Source of the DNA: Takakia lepidozioides
Taxonomy: Eukaryota; Plantae; Bryophyta
Assembly (NCBI GenBank): GCA_030704615.1
Contig: CM060733.1
Coordinates: 47,802,001-47,866,000, forward strand
Direction: 5' to 3'
DNA: 64,000 nucleotides
The notes below the pieces were generated by a model. It did not search any database. It was not told the DNA's origin and saw nothing but the letters and a program-made list of their open reading frames with translations. Numbering within the stretch: position 1 is the stretch's first letter; each line of letters starts with the position of its first letter. Shown here piece by piece: positions 13,637 through 27,199 of this stretch. A program made the translations under genes and the position numbers.

Positions 13637-14570
13637 TGTAGCGGCACCAAATTACGAGGCAAGGAGCACTCACGGTGACCTATTTTAAAAAGGTTTATTC
13701 AAGGAAAATTGGAGGATGAGCGGAGAGCTTCATCCATCCAACGGCAACATCAATAATTATTCATCCTATTGGATGAAATTAATCTACTGGATGAAATCCA
13801 TTCTAGTAGATGAAAAAACCATTTGTTGGATGAAATCCATCCAGGGCTCATATTTTATTACTTGTTCTTGCTTGGTCAACAAGTTTTCCAATAGACTAGA
13901 TTAAAATACAAACTTTTTAAACAATTGGGAGAGGCGATCGTGACCGTCGATCAAATATGACCCTTATGAATGAGCCTAATAGATTTGATTAAACTATTAT
14001 TATTATTCATTATTTTAATGAGTATTTTCTATTATTTTATTAGGACCAAAGTAGTATATAAGAGAGGCAAGGCCCCCTTGCTTCTCACTTGTGCTTTCCT
14101 CTTGCTTGTTTGTTGCTTTGTTTATTTCATGGGAGCTAGAGTTGGAATCTAGCCCCATTTTTGCTTGAGGAGCTTAAGTCCTAGCAAGTAGGAGCTCGGT
14201 CTTGCTAGTAGGGAGAGCCTTATTTCGTGGGAGCTAGTGTTGGAATCTAGCCCTACCCCTTATCGGCCATTGAGCCATTTGTTTTGCTATGAATAAGAAG
14301 CTCGGATTTTCAAGAGAAAGTTGTGGAAGGTCTAAAATTAGATCTGATTGTGTGAGCCAAGAGGGCCTTGGTCACAACTAGGGGAGTGCGTGTGGCCCCC
14401 CTACTCATGTCCTAGAAAAGAGGAAGAGAGTTCAATTGTTTTAAGCTCGAAAGGTTTGAAACTATAAATTTTATTTTGTTTTATTCTAACTAGCAAAAGG
14501 CTAGCTAGGCTGCTGTCCATAAGGGACAACAGATCAATTATAGGCCAGAGGCCGAAGGATACCGCTAACA
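13637..14570 (+). repeat. Probable 5' LTR of Gypsy family B
   Basis: TGTAGCGGCACC ... GGATACCGCTAACA imperfect terminal inverted repeat, TATATAA at ~14055, upstream of gag remnants. No second LTR in the window to confirm it. Confidence 0.55.
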
Positions 14571-17500
14571 CCTCCCCAAGAGGAAGACATTAAGCCTTGG
14601 GCTAGGGGGCTGGTTTTCTTTTTTGTTGTTTGTTTTGTTTATTCTGTTGTTGATCAGGCCTGGCCCCCTCCACCATAGCCACGGGTAGGGCCTGGGAGGT
14701 AGTGGAATAGCCGAGAAGGTCAACCATCAATAGCCAGAGGTCAACCAGCTTTGAGGCGCCCCCGTGGCACGCTCTCCACACGGGCCGAGACAGGAGTTGA
14801 CTCTTCTAGTGTGCAGCAGGAAAGCGGAGCCTCAGCCCAAACAGCCCCACGTGCTGTATTTTTATTTTATTTTGTGGATATAAGCCGGTCTTGCATTTTA
14901 AGGGGGGTCTCTCACCCTACACTATTTGATTTAATCTATACCCCCTTAAGGAGTTATTGTGTGCATGCTCCGTTGTTAGCGGTAGAAAAATTCCGTGCTT
15001 GGAACGAGAGAGAGCCTGGGTGGAGGCGGTTCAGCCTAGCCAGAGAGGAGCAAGCGCGACCCACCAGGTTGAGCAGGAGAAGAGGTAGCTAGAGACAGGG
15101 GTGGATCAAAAGTACACTACCCAGGTTCCACGGCTATAGTGGCACAACGTGTCACTCCCCTGCGGAGATGATGACCGATTCCAGAGAGGGGAATGCGCTG
15201 GAAGCCCTTAAATTAATATAGTTAGGACGAAATAGTCCCTGGTCCCACCATAGGTTACATTTGTGCTTCAAGAGGGCACGTTTTAAGAACTAGCGAATGG
15301 ACAGGGGGCTTCATTAGACAGATTCTGTACATCCACGACGGCGCAGCAGTTCCCAACGACGGGGAACCTGTTCCCTGACGGCCTTGACATTCCCGGATGT
15401 TCCCTGAGGTTCCCGTGATCTGATAGGAGTGATTTTAGCACCGTTGGGCTTCCCCCATGACATTCTTCCTGGGAGTTTTTATTATTATTATTATTATTAT
15501 TATTTAAATAAATAATAATAAATAAATAAAATAAAATAAAATAATGGATTTTTGAATTTTTGAATTTATAAATATTTTCTTAATTTTCTTGAGGAGGAAA
15601 TTCCCATATAAGAATTAGGACTTTTGATTGAACTTTTTGAATTTATAAGAACTTCAGTGACTAAAGGGTGATTGATTGACCCTTTTAACTTATTAAAGCT
15701 TGCATTGCTTATTAACTTTCATCAAGCTAAAGATAGAAAATGGACAAATTTAGCCCTTCTTGGGGAGAGCTTGGCTCAAGCCTCGGAGAAGGAGGGGCAT
15801 TGGGAGAAGGAAGTGGAGTCCTCTTCTCCCTAGGTTCAGGAGGTGTTTTGTGAAGGGATAAGATAGACCCCGACTATAAGCGGCTTGGGAACCCATGCAG
15901 TAGGTGTTAGTAATAAACAAGACTTGGAAGGCAGTTACGTTCTAAACCTTAAAAACCATAAACAGACCATAGGACTAGGAAACGCAAATCGCTCTGTAGA
16001 GGGGAGCATCTGAGCTCCTCTTTGCCGGTAGGAAATTAGAAACGATAGTGCACTAACCGCTACCGGGTAGGCGGTTCCTTGAGCCCAACCTACACCGCGA
16101 CTTACCACGACCCCACTAGGCTAGTATGTTGTCGCCCTAACCGCGCGCGCTCAAGGCTCGTCATATTTTGGTGCGTCTGCCGGGAGGTGAGTAAATAGTC
16201 AGGGTGACTTGATGTTTGAATGGATGAATGATCGTTATTTGTGCTCATCTTTGTTTTTGCTTATGTTTTCACATGATATATTTTTGCTTTTATTTCTAGT
16301 TGCCACACACTAGTGAGGATGGATACCCCAATTTCATTTATGTTGTGGCTACAGTTGAGATCGACAGGGCATGCCTAAATATGCTACGACGATAAGGTAT
16401 GAGAATCTCAAACATTACTTTTAGCCAGTCTTGAGCACTATTTATTTTGTCCATTGTGGCAACATTTTAATCTGGTAAGCCAGATTTTCTTCGCATCATG
16501 GGTAATGGTGGGAAAAATAGTGGATGGATTACCCAACATTGTATACGGTTTATTGGCATATGTATGCACACGTTATGGAAGACTGTTAGGTCAACCTTGA
16601 TAGGGACTACTTGGGAGATACCAGATCAGGAGTTCGAAGACATTATAAGGATAGAAAAAGAAGGGTGGGTTGAGAACCTGGATGAACTAGTCATTGAAGA
16701 AGTCCCACCTATTAGTTCTAACTTGAATTCGTCTTTAGTCACAGCACAACTAGTGCTATCTCAACCAGTTGTACCTACAGTTGTGGAGGTACCCATTGTG
16801 GTACCTATGGATTTGAGGCCTTTACATATTCCTGCTAGTTTACCTTATTTTTCTGGAGAGGCTCAGGAAAACCCCAGAAATCATGTTCAGAAGTTCATTC
16901 AGATTTGTTATTCCAAACACTTGATAATGCTTATTGGCTTATGTGGTTTCCTAGTACATTAAGGGGCAAGGCATTGACCTGGTATTGGTAACAGCCCAAT
17001 GGGTGTTTTGTTACTTGGGACCAGATCTGGGATGCCTTCTTGAGTCAATTCCGTGGAGTACACCAATTCACTAGTATTCTAATGGCACTGGCGCGGATCC
17101 GCCAAGGCCCTAACAGAGGAGGTAGCAGACTTCGTGATGACATTCCGATAGCTTATGGGGCTCCAAAATCCGTTGACACCCTTAAACGATGAGGTGCTCA
17201 AAGATTGTTTTTTTGAGTGGTTTACAAGAGGCTACTCACTTTTATGTTTTGCAGCAAAGGCCTGCAACACTAATTGTGCTGAGCCGGCGGAGAAGGTTAG
17301 CATGTGTTTGTTCTTGTTTTGTGTCTTCTTGCGATTCTCATGATGAGGTGCTTTTGTCTGACCGATGTTAGGCCATGCAGATGAGGTGGCTGCGAATCTG
17401 GAATGGCCATACAAACACAAAGCTGCTGTACCACTTTCCCATCGAGCCAACAGACGACAAAATGAACGACTGGCTCAATGTGATGACTTGGTGGCATCAG

Positions 17501-19460
17501 GTATAAGTTCCTCATTTTTTGTGTGTTGGACATCATCGCAATTTCAAATTCATGAATGTTTTGGAGACCTGCACTGCTGCAGGTACTGACCCACGCCCAG
17601 GAGCAATTGGATTGCAACACCACCGCTGTTAATGCAGGGAATGAGTTTGACAACATGCACAAGCAAGTGCAACGAGCCAAGAGGTCGGAGCTTGCATTAT
17701 CTCTGTACATCATCATCGAGCCCACCATTGAGCCGGTTCCACTAGCAGCCATTCAGCCAGCTAAACATTATACGCCCTCGTATGTTGGGGGAGCGAGGCC
17801 ATATGTTCCAGCAACGGCTACAGGACCAGTTGCGGCCCCTTCAGTACCACAGTATGTTCGTGCAGTTCCCATCAACTTACATGCGGATTCAACCGGACAA
17901 TCCGATTCGCGGGTGGGCCATCTAGAAGCACATGTGACATCTCTCATGAAGATGGTCGAGACTATGACTGATCGCATGAGTTTCATTAGTCAACAAATCA
18001 CCAGCTATGTCAACTATCGAGACGAGGTCCCAATGGGAGAATCGGGGCCCAATCTGGCAAAGGTATGGTGTTCCAACTGCAACACAGCATGTCACGCTTC
18101 TCAACATTGTCTTTATCCCATTTGGAAAAGGCAGGTAAGCCGAAACCCAAACTATCAGGATAGGCAAAAGGATCAGAACAACCGGTCTTGTGATCAGAGA
18201 AATCGTTAGAAATGTAGGAGAACGACCCATCAAATAGAACAATGTTGGAAAACCATTGTATGTCGTCATTGTGGTAGACAAGGTCACTCATTTGACAAAT
18301 GTCCCCGCAGGCAAGTGGACTGACCCACACCTGCCACTCAACAACAAGTGGAGAGAAATCTAAATAGGCAAGGGGCTCATTTTTCAGATGCCACTCAACA
18401 ACTGTTCAACCAACTTCTCTGCCACTGCAGCCTAGCAGGCATTTCGCTACGCCAACACAAATTGCGCAACAGCCTAGATCAGATCAAATAGCTAGGCCCA
18501 TTATATTTCAGAGGCAATGCAGCTACTGAGTCCCAAGAAGCATTCTCCAATCCTGCGGCTCAGATGGCCCAGGGATATTCTAACATGGTGTCTCTCTCTC
18601 AAGATGTAAGGGTGCAGGAAGAACATCAGGTATCGACTTTGGCGGCGCCCCTGCAGCAACGGACCAACGTACAAAACCATGCGGTGCGCCAACCGGAGAA
18701 GCAGCATAAGGTGAATTGGATTGCGAGTGAGCCGAGGGCTACTCCGACCATGCAAGCTAGCCCCAAAGGTAGCTATGCAGTTATGACCAAGCAGCAAAGA
18801 GATACGCTAGGTAAAGGACCTGGGTATGTGGCGCCTAAGTCCACGTCCTCTGCCTCAGAGCAGGACGATTTGGACTTTTCAATGATGAAGTCTGATGCTC
18901 AGAAGGTAGCAACGACAGTGCTTCGTGAAGAAGACAACATACAACCGAAGGAGAAGAAGAAGGAGGTGGCATTTGCGGAAGTAGCCCCTTAGTGGTGAAA
19001 CCAACGCCCTCCCTTTCACCCGCGGCAAGACCGAAGGTTTCGGCATTTCGACCGCCAGTACCGATAACTTTACCCAAGAGGAGAACATCATCGATCATGC
19101 AGTTCACCGACGAGCTGGAGCCATACAATCTAATGAAGGACCTGCGTCACATTCAGGCGAACATTACATTTGCTCAACTCATTGCAGTGGCGCCCACGAT
19201 TCGACACGCCCTCATGGCTTCATTAGTGAGGAAAATGACTGGACATTCAGCCCAATCTCATCATGTCAACGCGCAAGTTGACCCAGGACCGGTCGAGATC
19301 AAAGTGGAGATTGTCGACTGCTTCATACAACGCTGCTTGGTGGACAATGGAAGTTCGATAAATATCATGCCCCTCTCCACCTTATCCAAGTTAGGATTGA
19401 ACATGACAGGGGAATCTCCCTTGATTATCAGGATGACCGACGGAGGATCAGGCCTGTGGG
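13637..19460 (+). mobile_element. Ty3/Gypsy family B, decayed gag-protease (continues inverted at 28119 to ~27200)
   Basis: PYFSGEAQENPRNHVQKF gag start (~16840), CCHC knuckles (~18070, ~18260), ANITFAQLI and protease CLVDNGSSINIM (~19330). Confidence 0.8.
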
Positions 19461-19927
19461 CTACGGACGACGGCCAATCTCTCGCATGGCCAAACTAAAG
19501 CTCCAGCAGGAGATTCCAGTGTCTTGCTCACAACCCGCGCCAACTGAAGCCGAGTACTCTCAGGCAAGCCACTTCTGCTTTCACTTTGTTCGATTTCGAT
19601 TTCGCTTTCGCTTTCGCTTTCGCTTTCGCTTTGTTGCCTCGCTTTGTTTTTGCATCTTCACCCTGGCTTCGCTGGATGAGTGAACCTTAGATAGTTGAGT
19701 GAACCTTAGATTGTTTGCAATGCGTGTGCAAATCCGGCAGCTCTGGAGAAGGCTGCTTGTGCATGTCATTCTCAGGCAATGGTTGCATTTGTTTTCATTG
19801 TTGTTGCATGGCTCTCCATACTTCCTAAACTTGTTATGTTTTCATTTTTGTTACACGATTGTTGCTATGGTGGTTGCGATGCTGGTTTTGGTACCGATGT
19901 TGGTTCTCACGATTTTGGGAATGACAG

Positions 19928-22900
19928 AGTGACGACGAGCCCGGCACGTTGGTGGTATCATCGACTGCTGCAACTCATCGCATGTTTGAACCGCCCACCT
20001 TGGAGCGAGAGGGAAAACTTCAATCTTTTGTTGGTGGACGGGAGGACCTACAGCGAGAGTACGACAGAATAGGCATTGGGGAGGTTGGTGCAGGCCTCAT
20101 GGCAGGTGAAGGGCGTGAGGAAGTGAGAACAGCAGATCCGGCAATGGAGGTTGTTGATGCAGAAGCAGTAGGGCCCGTCCAAGCAAAGAAGAAGAAGAAG
20201 CCAAGCACGTGCAATCCCCGGCGCGAGAGCCGTCACGGGCTGCGGAGGGGGGAGTTCGCAGTGCGCACGAGGGTGTCAGTTCGCCTACCTCAAAGGTGGT
20301 CGTCCATCCGGGCTCCCTTGCTGCTAGCCCTAATAAGAAACAGAAAGCCCGTGAGAGGGCAAAAGAGAGGGCAAAAGAACACGCAAGACAGCCAAGAGGA
20401 AAGAGAAAAGGCCACTGTAGAGGCCAGGGGTTCCGAACTGACAGATTCCCATGTAAGTGAGGGACGCACAGAGACGGTGGATCCCTCCAAGACACCACAA
20501 AGAGGCAGCATTACACCGGTTAGACCATCGCGGGCAAGAGCAGCCCCTGCAATTACCCATACGGTAGAGTGGAGAGTAGAGGAGGAAAGAACACCAGAAA
20601 GAGCACGGATTGTGCAAGTTCGAGGTGAAGCCAGGGAGAGGGCAGTATAGACGGGGAGAGTGCTAGAGGTGGTTTCGCAGGTGGCTGACCCTGTTGAGGA
20701 GGACAACAGGGAGCTTTCTAACCAGGATGACATCCTCCCGGACATCCCGAGGCCCCAAACCCGGAGCATACAGGCTGGATTTGGCGGTCCTGGTGGGCTG
20801 CCGGAAAACCCCTATGCAGCAGACGTCATGTCGGAGGCGGATATGAAGTTGGCCACTGCCAAGATATTGGAGGCAACCCACAGCAACATTGGCAGGGGGT
20901 GTTGGGGGCATGGTGTACCCGGCCAAGCTTTGAATTCCCCTTTGCCGCTTGGTGTCATTGCAGGTGGTGAGACCTGCCCTCCCAGGCGATATCGACAAGC
21001 TGAAATTCTCTTTCCGGGATGGATATCGAATGGGGTCTGGAGCGTTTTACGTTTCCATTGAGAACGACCACGGAGCTTCCCGTGCCCACACTTCCGATGA
21101 GGTGGACAAATGGGGTCCCCATTGGCAAACGCGAAATGAGGAATTCGAGAGATCGATTGCTAGTGATCCTCTTTTCCAACACTTGTCCGGTAAGATGTTC
21201 TACGTGTGGGACGGCAATCATCACCTCCTGGCATGGATGGAGCACATTGCCCAAGCCCACCCCAACGACCTCGATTGGCATTTCGCCGTGGAGTGTGTTG
21301 TGCTGAAGGTTGCGGGGCCCAAAGATCGCAGTCTTCTCAAAGCTGCAATGGCGGACATCAACTCGTAAGTTACAACGCCTCTCGCTTTTGGACTTTGAAT
21401 TTGGCAGTCATTTCATTGCGAATCCTCATATATGATGAAAATTCCCATTTCAGTATTGTTTGATGGAAATGTTGCACTGCAGGGTGACTGAGAATGCCTT
21501 CATTGCCACCAACTTGTCCCATATGCTCTTCCGAGTGAAGGATGTCGGGAAGCAGGGGGTGCAAGAGTTTGCCAATTCCCTTAGTGCCGACCTCCTGCGC
21601 AAGTCGGAGGCAAAGGCAGACAGAACCTAGTATAGGCTGAGCGTCGACGCCATGGTGGACTACATATTTCGGGTAAAGCTCCTGACAGTTTTGTTGAGCT
21701 AATCTGTCTCTCCTCCCCCAATAGAAGAAATTGTGTTGAGCAGGATCTCTAATCTTGTGTGCGCATTCTTGACAGACGAAAATACAGCAGGATTTGGCAC
21801 ATGCGCGGAGGTTCTACATGGAGTCAGAGGAGAAGAATCCAACCCTCCCGGCACTCGAATCGTATGTCAAAGCTGCGGAGGTGAGGGCCCGCATAAAGTA
21901 CAAGTCGCGGATAGTAAAGTACGTGGCCATAGCTGATCCCGCCCTTGGTGCCGACTTTCTGGTGGAGGTGGGGAAGCACTACTCTCGCGCTCTGAAGCCC
22001 ACGATGACATTGGAGCTCCATCGTCTAGCCACATCCTGTGTGGATGCAACAGAAAAGGTGATACATTCTTAACCAAATTGTGGTGGCAACAACTCGTTTT
22101 TGTGGTGTTTGGCGCTTACGAATATGCTGGGTGGTTGGACAGACCCGGTGGCTCCAAATCTGGAATGGTTCCCAAAGTACCAGGGACATGTGGAGCTTCC
22201 CCAAACCGGACAAACTCTCTAACCCCACATTCGACATGTGGATGAACCGCATGACATGGTGGTTTCAGGTACTTCCCCACGCTTCGTTTGGGGCTTCTAC
22301 TCTAGTAGGGGGTGGATTCATTGTATTTTTTCAGGAAAGCGATCTGATGGAGAATCCACAGGTGACGACGAATGCGCAAGAGCAGCTGGACACACAAGCA
22401 CATCAGTTCAAGATGGAGCTATATCCTGCAGCAGAGAGCCTACGCGATTATGTGACGAGGTACTTTCTGCTCTACAAAACCACGAGTTCACCGACCAGCC
22501 GAACGCGGACAAAGCAGCAATGCGCCTTCTGTACAGGTACATACGCGCTGCCTTTCTTTCAAGTCCTTGCATTTCAGGATGTTAGAGGCCTCATGTGGTG
22601 TTAGGGAAAATGGCGCCGAATTTCCAGTCAGGGCTCCGAAAATGGCTAAGTCCCTATTGCTAAGTTCTAGGCCCTATTGCCGTTCAGGGACTTAGCCATT
22701 TTCGGGCTAAGTCCTTAGACTGGCTGGCCCCGAACTGGAAATTCGGCGCCATTTTCCAGTTCTAGGCCCTATTGCCGTTCAGGGACTTAGCCATTTTCGG
22801 GCTAAGTCCCTAGGGTGGCTGGCCCCGAACTGGAAATTCGGCGCCATTTTCCAATTCTAGGCCCTATTGCCGTTCAGGGACGTAGCCATTATCGGCCTAA

Positions 22901-25627
22901 GTCCCTAGGGTGGCTGGCCCTGAACTGGAAATTCGGCGCCATTTTCCAGTTCTAGGCCCTATTGCCGTTCAGGGACGTAGCCATTTTCGGGCTAAGTCCC
23001 TAGGGTGGCTGCCCTGAACTGGAAATTCGGCACCATTTTTCCAATGCTAGGCCCTATTGCGGTTCTGGGACTTAGCCATCTTCGGGCCAAACCGGGAAAA
23101 ATGGCGCCGAATTTCCAGTTCAGGGCTCCCAAGATGGCTAAATCCCTAGGGTGGCAGTCACCGAAAACCGAAAATTCGGCGCCATTTTTCCATTTCTAGG
23201 CCCACTCACATCCGCCCCAACCTGGGAAAATGGTGCCGAATATGCATTTCAGGGACCTCATTGTGTTTTTCATGAATGCAGGTACTGCAAGTTCTCCCTT
23301 TTGGAGAAAGGTCATCTGTCTTTCAAGCCACCATTCTTCCTGGCATGGAGGAACCCTGGGGCTGACTCCATGTACACTGACGATTGTGAAGGAGTGGCAT
23401 CTGGAACATTTGCGTGATTGCCCTTGGTATGTGGATCTTCCGCCCGGCTCGCTCGACCCATCCGAGTTTCAATTGAAGCTGGACGCTAAATTCCGACGAA
23501 ACCGGGCTCCGCTGCCTCCGTTGGGTGCAAAAGAGGCAAAAGCACTTGCGAACTCCAGGAAAGCGGCAGAGCTTGCTCAGCAGGAATTCAGGAGAAAATT
23601 GCATGAGAAGAGTAAAGGCCAAAGGAAAAAGACAAGGAAACAGGTGAGTGCAGTAACACCCAAAAAGAAGAAAACCATGGGGGCATCGGAGGAGGCGCAG
23701 GAGGGGACCCAAGAGAGTGACTCGGACGACGACTTTGTTCAAGGTCCTGCAACTGCTGTTGCTCCTACCCAGTCACCGGTCGTCCGGGTTCCCAAGTCAG
23801 TTCGGAGTGGGACTGGCTCTGCCAAGAAGTTGGCATTTGAGGGCGAGCCTACACGGCGGTATTCGGCGGTGACGTTTACGCACAGGCCAAAGCTAGAACC
23901 TCCAACCATCATCCAATGCGTCAATGAGAGCTTCCTTGACGCTCTCGCTGCCAGGGCGAAGAAGGTGGCACACAGCAAGTCTCTGGCGGAGCAGAAGGGG
24001 AAAGCCAAGAAGAGGGCTGGCGGTACAAAGCCTAAAGACACCCCTGTTTTGAAGCCATGATGGAATTCTTCACGGCTGTGAGCACGGATTGCAAGAGCAC
24101 TCGGGGGGGGGGGTTGAGGTGGAGAGAGCTTGCGACATGATTCTCCTCGACATTCCAGATGGGGAGCTGCTGGAGGGCCTGGATGGTGTGCCCACTGGAA
24201 ACAGGTTTATTGAGGACTACTAAAAAGCCGGGTTTGGGCTGGTGGGGATGCTTCTGGATGACGGTGGATGTGTGGTTGTCCTTGCCATGAGAGGGAAGAC
24301 CACAGAGAATGCGGTGGCAAGGTGGACACCGAAAAGTGTCACCCCGGTCCTCCTCAGAAAATGGTTCTGCATCAGTACATAGGGGTTGCGAACAGAGGGC
24401 CAAAGTGTAAGTTATCAATCTATTGCATTCATTTCATATTTGTGGTGTATGTTAAGTAGACCCTGGAGTTGATCCCTTCTTTGTTAGATGTGCAGACATT
24501 GGTGTTTGAGGCATATTGCTTTGTGAAGAGGGTCTACGTTCAAATTCCGCAACGACGGTCGTCTTGTTGATGCCGCTGTGGACCCTGTAACCTACAATGT
24601 CCTCTACAACTATGTGCCCCACTCCAGTATGCCGAAGGACACAAAGACAGGCAAACCGTGGCGGTATAGCCGGACCCGGAGCCCTGCTTTCATCCAAACC
24701 CTCATGGAGACGTGCTCGGATGTCCAAGGGCGGATTCTAGACCTCACATGCGGCACGGGTAAGCCTTCACGTGCTCAGTTTGTCCCCTGGCCCGATTGCA
24801 ATTGCATGCCGCAAGCTATTAACCGCCCCTTTGTTCCTCAGGTGCTTCAATGTGGGCAGGGACGTTGTCCGACAGGCATGTGTTCGCCTTCGAGCCAGAT
24901 ACTGCCCTCCACAACTCGGAACTTGCAGCGGCTGAACGTCTCCGAAAGAGGAAGAGGCATCCTCGGAGGATGAGGAAAAATCCGAGAAGGAGCAGGGGGA
25001 GGAAGTTGGGATCGAGGCCGAGGAGCCCCCGGTTCACGAGTGAGTGGTGGCATTGTAAGTTGCCTCCAGATTTCGTGAGGCACCTCCCTCCGCTCTCTAT
25101 TTCATTGAAAACCCTTTCTGGTTGTGCTGGTATTGACATTCTTGAAGTGGATTTGTTCTTACTGTAGGATGCCAAGTACTGCCGGAGGGACGTCTACACC
25201 GGAGTTCATGGGCAGGAGGAACGTGCTTTTTTTTGCCAGGGGGGATTTCATGCCTAGTCCAGAAAGGGAGTACATCCTTCCTACTTATGCTGCCCGGCTT
25301 GCTTCGGTGTCCATTAGGAGGTGTTCCGAACCTAGTCGTGTACAGCAGATTTTAGACGAGGCAAGCCTCAAAAAAATGAAGATGAGGGAGGAGGCAGCAG
25401 CTATTAGAGCCCGTCGGGCTCGTAGATTTGTCTTGGATTCTGCTGAGGAAAGTGGGGGAAAAGACGCAGAAGATTCCCAGGAGGTGAGGTGGACAGTCCC
25501 CCAAGGAGAGGACGGGATTTTTGAGAGGCATAGTGGAACTGATGCATCACAGAGCTCGGAGGATGAGGGGGATGAGGGGGATGAGGAAGAAGGTGGGGCA
25601 AGTTCCTCGGAGGGTGTAGGAGAGTAG
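19928..25627 (+). pseudogene. Paralog A: multi-exon gene, disordered N-terminus + ParB/Srx-like domain + beta-class N4C/N6A-type DNA methyltransferase (several stops/frameshifts)
   Basis: ParB-like VVRP..DIDKL..F..GY...FYV...VWDGNHH (20949-21364). Catalytic-like DMILLDIPDG (DIPD at 24149-24160) precedes RSPAFIQTLMETCSDVQGRILDLTCGTG|ASMWAGTLSDRHVFAFEPD (24680-24900). GT-AG exons approx. 19928-21364, 21483-21673, 21775-22058, 22143-22268, 22335-22537, 23282-24406, 24497-24758, 24843-25038, 25169-25627. Confidence 0.7.
22605..23255. repeat. Intronic ~90-bp tandem repeat built from two hairpins (GAACTGGAAATTCGGCGCCATTTTCCAGTTC and GGGACTTAGCC-ATTTTCG-GGCTAAGTCCC)
   Basis: About 4 clean units plus inverted/degenerate flanking units within intron 22538-23281 of paralog A. 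Confidence 0.9.
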
Positions 25628-25831
25628 TGCCCATTCCGGCTATGACAGTTAGAACACACTTGTATAGACGTGGCTTGCCACAAAATTTGCAATAAAATGT
25701 TGCATTTCAAGTCCACTGGTGCCACATTTCAACTTCACATGACCCTATTTCCGTGGACTCACAATGGTCTGCTCATGTTTTTTTTTTTTTTCCGCTCATG
25801 CTCATGCCGCTCATGAAATAGCAGCCCCCCT

Positions 25832-26779
25832 TGGGACTTAGACGCTTTTACGGGGTCTGTGGGGTACCCTTAATTTTTACACAGACTGAGACCAACAGGA
25901 GCCTTAGGGGTGACAGCAACAGGCTTTAGGGGGGGAGATACACAGCCCAACACAGTCCAACACAGCCAGTCACAGCCAACACAGCCCGTCACAGTCAGAC
26001 ACAGCCGTCACAGCTTCGCACAGTCGACACAGCCCAACACAGCCAGTCACAGCCCGATACAGCCGCCACAGCTTCGCACAGCCCTACACAGCCTGGCACA
26101 GCCAGTCACAGCCCGCCACAGCCTGATACAGCCAGTCACAGCTCGGAACAGCTGGGGAACAGTTATCATTGGCAGGGAACGACATCTGAAAAAAGAACAT
26201 GTACTACAGGGATGACGGTTAGTTAGGAAAGCGGTTAGAACAGCTTGTAGGTAGAAAAAGCGAAGAGCGGGGACGTGGAGGGGATCACTACTTCTTGGAG
26301 GACTTCGGGCATCACTGGGGGGAAATGAAGCGGAGAGCGTATCTCTGAGTAGAAAGAGGGAGAGCACGGAGTAGGAGGAGAACGATCTGTTGATGCTTGA
26401 TGAATGCAAGCAGTAGAGTTGTAATGTAGAGCAGATTAGAGACTCCATGGCTTCAGCCTGATACTTGATAGATATTAATCTGATACATACTTCATACTCA
26501 CACTGTGTAGAGAGATCTGATTGAAGCTGTGGAATGAATGGATGAGTTGATGGAATCCGATAGATTGCTGAAGTAATCTGATACTTAAATACCAACAGTA
26601 AGGTAACTAGCTAACATGAATACGGGAAGGAATACAAATAGGAAACACCCCCATGATACACTAGTTGTAGGTCATGACTGATTGTTCTGAGCGGGCTGAG
26701 TACTTAGAGATTTCCAACTCTTCTATCTTGGAGTTCCCACCTCGGATAGCGAAGGGATGGGTGAGTAAAAGCCGCTCGA
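25832..26779 (+). mobile_element. Gypsy family A, copy 2: 5' non-coding/LTR-side fragment and start of the accessory ORF
   Basis: Collinear with the reverse complement of 7560-6700; includes CACAGC 10-mer repeats (25935-26150) and MTDCSERAEYLEISN... truncated at ~26779. Confidence 0.85.
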
Positions 26780-27199
26780 TACCATCTCAAAAAAGGTTTT
26801 CAGGGTTAGAATCCCCGTACGGGAAGTCGAAGTGCTCCATGCATGGAGCATCAGTATACTGCAGAATGCTTGATGCAGCAAGCATTTAATTTTTCTCGAG
26901 ATATGCTTTGAGTAGACACAAATATATTCTGTGATATAGGAAAGGCAAGTAATGATCAACAGTATGCATTGAACAAGAGTGCATATATTAGCCATCCCAT
27001 TGTTCCCATTCCTGCACCTGTGGTCTTCACTTGGTGAAGGAAAGAAAAGAAAAGAAAACTCACAACATGTGGTTAATAACAAGGTATCTAATACACCCCT
27101 AGCTTGGCAAATGAATGAACTAGAGGGAGAAGAAAATATATCACTTACATATGATAGTGTTTGCACCGGATACCATTGACCCGATTGGGGAACGCCTCT

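Noticed and set aside
15478-15545. (TTA)n/(AAAT)n tract, and (TTTCGC)n at ~19590-19630
   Set aside because: Ordinary microsatellites.
19928-25627. Bacterial restriction-modification or plasmid contamination
   Set aside because: Has GT-AG introns conserved between paralogs and is interleaved with plant TEs.
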